The position numbers and the translations under genes were made by a program. Shown in pieces: positions 59,694-64,000 of a DNA stretch of 64,000 bases. A model generated the notes under the pieces. The model was not told the DNA's origin. It searched no databases and worked only from the letters and a program-made list of their open reading frames with translations. Within the stretch, counting starts at the first letter, position 1; every line of letters starts with the position of its first letter. This DNA is from Terriglobia bacterium. Lineage in GTDB: Bacteria; Acidobacteriota; Terriglobia; 20CM-2-55-15. The DNA is taken from positions 768,001-832,000 of the forward strand of contig CBDAOY010000009.1 in NCBI GenBank assembly GCA_965198225.1, read 5' to 3'.

Positions 59694-61130
59694 ATGAAAC
59701 ACGTTTTGAGCCAACTAGCGCTGATTATCCCGCTAGCGCTACTTGTTGAGCCCGGTGCGAGCAGCCAGTCCATCGTGACCCCAACTTTGACTGGGATCAC
59801 TCCTGTCGGCATCCCTGCTGGACTAAATTCAGCGGCTGCGTCCGCGACCGGCCGCGCCGAGTGGCCGCAGTGGCGCGGTCCCGGCGGCCGGGCGATATCC
59901 GGCGAGACAGGCCTGCCGCTGAGCTGGAGCGACACCGAAAACCTGGCCTGGAAGGTAGAGATCGAGGGCAGGGGACACTCTTCTCCCAGCGTATGGGGTA
60001 ACCGGGTGTTCCTCACGACCGCGGTGCAAGGCGAGGAGGTCCCCGGCGCCGAGCCGCCCGTCCACACCTATGCAGGCGAAGTGTTCCTCCACCCCGATTC
60101 CATGGGCGCAAACTTTAGCCACACGTTGAAGGTCGTGGCCTTCGACGCCACCACCGGCGAAAGGGCCTGGGAGCAGGTCGCGTACGAGGGCCGGGTCTTC
60201 GACGACCGCCACCGTATGGGCTCCTACGCCAACGCCACCGTCGCGACCGACGGCGAGTACGTCTACGCCTACTTCGGCCCCGAGGGGCTCTACTGCTACG
60301 ACTTCGACGGGAACCTCGTCTGGCAGGCCGAGATTGGCAAGATCAAGACTGAAGGCCTCGGTACCGGCACCTCGCCGGTGATCTATGAGAACCTGGTCAT
60401 TATCGCGGCCGACGAGGACGAGGGCGCGGAGTCTTTCATCGTCGCCCTCGACCGCTTCACCGGCGAGGAAGTGTGGAAAGAATCGCGACCGGTGCAGGCG
60501 AGCTGGGCGACGCCGCTGCTGGTCGTGGACCCCAACGATCGAACCCAGCTCGTGGCCAGCGGTAACGAGCTCTTGCTCTCCTACGACCCGGCGACCGGGG
60601 AAGAGCTGTGGCGCGCCGAGGGGCTGATGAGCCACGCCATTCACACCCCCCTGACCGCCGGGGAGATGGTCTACCTGACGTCGGGCTTCCCCAGCAAGGT
60701 CCTCCAGGCCTTTCGCCTGGGCGCTTACGGTGACCTGAGCGGGAGCGAGAGCCTCGTGTGGGAATACAACAAGGGAATGGCGTACGTCACTTCGAACATC
60801 GTGTATGGGGGGCACGTCTACCTGTTCAACGATGGTGGAGTCGTGACCTGCCTCGACGCCCTCACCGGTGAGATCGTCTACGAGGGCGGCAGGCCCCCTG
60901 TACCGGGGAGCTTCAAATCGTCTCCGGTGGCCTACGACGGCAAGATCCTCATCGCCAGCGAGGAGGGCGACCTGTTCGTGATCAAGGCGGGGCCCGAGTT
61001 CGAGGTGCTCGTCACCAACTCGATGAACGAGGTCGTCTGGGCATCGCCGGCAATTTCCCACGGAAAGATCTTCATCCGCGGCGACCGGCATCTGTTCGCG
61101 GTCGGCCAGGCGCAAGGGAACGAGGATTAG
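59694..61130 (+). CDS. PQQ-like beta-propeller (BamB-like) exported protein
   Basis: WPQWRGP, GHSSP.VWG..VFLT, DA.TGE..W repeats; start at MKHVLSQ. Confidence 0.9.
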   Translation: MKHVLSQLALIIPLALLVEPGASSQSIVTPTLTGITPVGIPAGLNSAAASATGRAEWPQWRGPGGRAISGETGLPLSWSDTENLAWKVEIEGRGHSSPSVWGNRVFLTTAVQGEEVPGAEPPVHTYAGEVFLHPDSMGANFSHTLKVVAFDATTGERAWEQVAYEGRVFDDRHRMGSYANATVATDGEYVYAYFGPEGLYCYDFDGNLVWQAEIGKIKTEGLGTGTSPVIYENLVIIAADEDEGAESFIVALDRFTGEEVWKESRPVQASWATPLLVVDPNDRTQLVASGNELLLSYDPATGEELWRAEGLMSHAIHTPLTAGEMVYLTSGFPSKVLQAFRLGAYGDLSGSESLVWEYNKGMAYVTSNIVYGGHVYLFNDGGVVTCLDALTGEIVYEGGRPPVPGSFKSSPVAYDGKILIASEEGDLFVIKAGPEFEVLVTNSMNEVVWASPAISHGKIFIRGDRHLFAVGQAQGNED

Positions 61131-61202
61131 GGCGCTGCCGCAAGGGCTGTCTGGTTCACGTTTCTAGGTTTTCAGTTACTGGACAGGGTAAGAGGAGGTT
61201 TG

Positions 61203-61412
61203 ATGGCGTTTTGCGCGATATGCGGAAGAGATCATCCGGTTGGACCCTGCGCTGGCAACCCTATCGAACCTCCGCTCGGTTCTCGTGGAAAACTGAAGCG
61301 CAGTTTTGATCCCGAGTTTGCAAGGACTGTCAGGAAGAAGGAAAGGCTTTTGCTGCTGGCCGGGCTGGCAGTGATCGCCTTGGCAATAGCCGTGATTGCT
61401 CTGATTACGTGA
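61203..61412 (+). CDS. Small membrane protein with a putative zinc knuckle
   Basis: CAICGRDH...C plus C-terminal TM; GAGGAGG RBS. Confidence 0.55.
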   Translation: MAFCAICGRDHPVGPCAGNPIEPPLGSRGKLKRSFDPEFARTVRKKERLLLLAGLAVIALAIAVIALIT

Positions 61413-61533
61413 GTTGAGTCTCGCCCCAACAAAGGACTCTCAACACTCCAGAAATCTTGTCGCCGAACTTCTGAAAGCGCACCCGGGACTCTAAGTGCGC
61501 GAGATCGCGATCAGGCCCGAGGAGTCCGCCAAG

Positions 61534-61923
61534 CTATATACCGCCGGCAGCCTCAGACAGGGGATCGGCTAGGGCAAGGATGTGATTCTGCTGCTCGTGA
61601 GTGATCGGCACCCTCACTCGAAAGTTGGTCACGCCCGACAAGTGTTTTCGACACAATTCGAGGTAAGGCTGCGATGCTCCGCAGTTGACTGTGATGACCA
61701 TAGCCACCGATCCGCCCTGCAGGATCGCAGCACCATCATATCGGGTGACGTCCGCAACCGGGTCGCGATGCCGGGTCAGCCTGCCTACCGTGATGCGGTC
61801 ACGACCGACCTCGATGTGCAGTTGAGGGGGATCGCTGGAGTCTTCGCGACGAACGGTGACGACAGGGTCGCTACCGACGACGCATGCGGCTGACGATGAG
61901 ATCAACGGAGTATGAGTAATCAT
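61534..61923 (-). CDS. Hypothetical protein coupled to the TPR gene
   Basis: ATG overlaps the TPR stop (ATGA at 61923-61920). Confidence 0.45.
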   Translation of the reverse strand: MITHTPLISSSAACVVGSDPVVTVRREDSSDPPQLHIEVGRDRITVGRLTRHRDPVADVTRYDGAAILQGGSVAMVITVNCGASQPYLELCRKHLSGVTNFRVRVPITHEQQNHILALADPLSEAAGGI

Positions 61924-63710
61924 GTTCCTTTGAAGGATTGGCTCGAATACCGGCAGGATAGTCTCCATTCGGCAATCTTTTGGCACGCACGCAAACTGCG
62001 CAATGTAGTCTTCGCAATGTAGTCTTCCAGGGCCCGCTTCAGGAGGGTATGTTCGCCGCGCTTTTCCCTCTTGGCGCCGGCTGCCAGTGACTCGCCACGG
62101 AACCGCATGGCCTCGGCAACGTACTGTCTGGCCTCTTCATCCCGCAATGTTTCGTCCGGACTCATGATCCTGCAGAGAGCCAGTGCGATGTAGGCCTTCG
62201 AGAGATCATCGAGAGCCTCCGTGTACGTTGGTTTCTGAGACAGCGCAAGCCGGTAATACCGGATCGAACGACGTAGTCGCTTGATTGCGCGTCGAGAGTG
62301 GGTATGTCTCGCATACACCACCTCTACGTTCCCAAGGTTGTCATACGCATGCTGATACGACGGGTCACTACGGATCGACTTCTTGATGTATCTTCGGGCG
62401 CTCCGCAGATCGGCGTAGGCAGCCGCAGAGTCAGTGGTCTTTGCCGCTCGATTCAGGTAAAGGTACCCCAGGTTGTTATACGCCACGGTGAACTCCCGAT
62501 TAAGCCTGGTCGCTTCCACGTAGAGTTCGATGGCACGATTTTCGTACGCGAGTCGCTCTCGTTCGTTGTCTGCCAGGTCGGCACGATTCTCTGCCTGCAC
62601 TTGGTTGGCGTAGGCGAGGGCTTTCACGACCGACGCCCGGGCTCGAGCCGGCGCAAACCGTCGGTGGATGCGCGCCCCAAGCGACCGTATCCTTGCGACA
62701 AACTTCCCTATCACGACCGGCGCCTCCGCCCCGAACTCGGTCTCGTACGCCCGTTGGGCACAGTGAAGCGCCTGCACGAGGGTGTCGTCGTTTCCTTGCT
62801 TGTGGCGTTGCCGCTCCTGACAAAACGCGTTGGCCAGCCCGCCGAACGCCTGTGCCCTGAGGGCCACGTCCGCTGACTGGCACTTCACCGCTGCCTGGAA
62901 AGCGGAGATTGCGGCCCTATTGGCCTTGGGCTCGTACTGTGTATAGAGAATGACTGCCTTGTTGAACAGCGATGCCGCGTTCGACGGGTCCTCTTCGAGT
63001 ACCTGATCGTATTGATCGATCGCGGCATTCGCCTGGTCCCGAGCCCGTCCGGTCTCCCAGGTGAGGTGACGCTCCAGCGCTTCGGTGAAGTCCGCGAAGC
63101 TCTCGGTGGACCTGAAGGTTTCGACGCCGGCCAGGTTGAGAAACACCTCGTGCGCAAACAGTCTAACGTAGCTGGGATACCGTTCGGGATTGTGAACGGG
63201 CCGGTCGAAAGACACCATGATGATCGGCCGCACACCGATCCACGGCTTGCGTGCGTTCTCGACGGCGATTTGTAACCGCAGCCTGCTCCCGAACCGATGA
63301 ATGCTTCCCCGCACGGTCGCCGCGGGCGCAAACAGTGGCAAAACACCGATGGCTTTGACGAACCATCCGGGACCGCCGAGTCGTTCCAGGTGACGAATCG
63401 CGGTGGGAAGTCCGTCGCTACTTCGCTCGAGAAAAGGAAGCTTCACGCGATCGTTCCAGAGCCCGGGATTCCGGTAAGCGGCCTCGTGGATCTTTCGCAC
63501 GCGCTCGATCTCGGCTACAAATATTTCGGACAGGCTCGCGCCGATGTCGAGGTTGTGATCGGTGGAGAGGTTTTCCCACGGCAGGAAGTACAGGCGGCGT
63601 CGAACGTGCCATCCAAACCATCCACCCACGAGGACGAGCAGACCAGCGAACGGCCAGGCTGGAATCGCCTGGATCACCTCGATCACTTCGACAAAACTTG
63701 ACACCGGCAA
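61920..63710 (-). CDS. Membrane-anchored tetratricopeptide-repeat protein
   Basis: N-terminal TM; AYNNLGYLY, AYDNLGNV and SLFNKA TPR motifs. Confidence 0.8.
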   Translation of the reverse strand: MPVSSFVEVIEVIQAIPAWPFAGLLVLVGGWFGWHVRRRLYFLPWENLSTDHNLDIGASLSEIFVAEIERVRKIHEAAYRNPGLWNDRVKLPFLERSSDGLPTAIRHLERLGGPGWFVKAIGVLPLFAPAATVRGSIHRFGSRLRLQIAVENARKPWIGVRPIIMVSFDRPVHNPERYPSYVRLFAHEVFLNLAGVETFRSTESFADFTEALERHLTWETGRARDQANAAIDQYDQVLEEDPSNAASLFNKAVILYTQYEPKANRAAISAFQAAVKCQSADVALRAQAFGGLANAFCQERQRHKQGNDDTLVQALHCAQRAYETEFGAEAPVVIGKFVARIRSLGARIHRRFAPARARASVVKALAYANQVQAENRADLADNERERLAYENRAIELYVEATRLNREFTVAYNNLGYLYLNRAAKTTDSAAAYADLRSARRYIKKSIRSDPSYQHAYDNLGNVEVVYARHTHSRRAIKRLRRSIRYYRLALSQKPTYTEALDDLSKAYIALALCRIMSPDETLRDEEARQYVAEAMRFRGESLAAGAKREKRGEHTLLKRALEDYIAKTTLRSLRACQKIAEWRLSCRYSSQSFKGT

Positions 63711-63864
63711 TGATACCTCGCTCCGTCTCTTGTTACTCGACCACCCTTTCGACTTCCGCTGGCAATGCCCTGCTCTTGGACACGTTACCGCCCGTGACGT
63801 GGCAGCCGCGAATCAGCCCGAGCCGCGAATCATGGCTGTCGGCCGCGAAGGATGACGGTGCCTT

Positions 63865-63958
63865 GCAGGTGCGAGCCGGGCGCCTTATGGAACTCGGCCA
63901 TTCCACGGGCGCCAATCTGATCGACGATCTCGGTTGGGCCGAAGCGTATCCCCGGTCT
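63865..63958 (-). pseudogene. Degenerate kinase 5'-head remnant
   Basis: Minus strand RPGIRFGPTEIVDQIGARGMAEFHKA versus kinase 2 AGTRLGPYEIADQLGAGGMGEVYRA. Confidence 0.75.
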
Positions 63959-64000
63959 GGTCGTGGTTGAAGTTCGTAACAAAAGCTGCTTGGTATCATA

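Noticed and set aside
61445-61485. Possible additional kinase tail remnant or GTCGCC site
   Set aside because: Similarity too weak, needs frameshifts, and no palindromic arms

Overview
This GC-rich accessory region has a gene content typical of Acidobacteriota/Planctomycetota-like bacteria (inference). It holds four intact receptor-type Ser/Thr kinase genes (kinase-TM-TolB/PD40 beta-propeller) and many short remnants of kinase 5' ends ('heads') and 3' ends ('tails'). These remnants bracket unrelated cargo: a dipeptidase, a ThuA-like gene, a putative phospholipid head-group operon, a toxin-antitoxin pair and a TPR gene. Between tails and heads lies a recurrent spacer with ~38-42 bp imperfect palindromes (approx. 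TCCAC..CCGTAT-rGTCGCC-GATACGG..GTGGA), often as an inverted pair followed by a TGATTGAC promoter-like motif; about 15 copies were seen. A 2.5 kb element encoding a tyrosine recombinase and an IS91-family HUH transposase occurs as three apparently identical full copies and one truncated copy. Every copy sits at the GTCG core of one of these palindromes, just downstream of a kinase end. Together these suggest an undescribed cassette-array-like platform. The window also contains two related MITE-like elements, a tRNA-Gly 3' remnant (att-like), an Opp/Dpp ABC transporter, a DUF1592/DUF1552/ankyrin cluster, a VapBC pair and several hydrolases. All alignments were done by eye and family calls come from motif recognition, not database searches.
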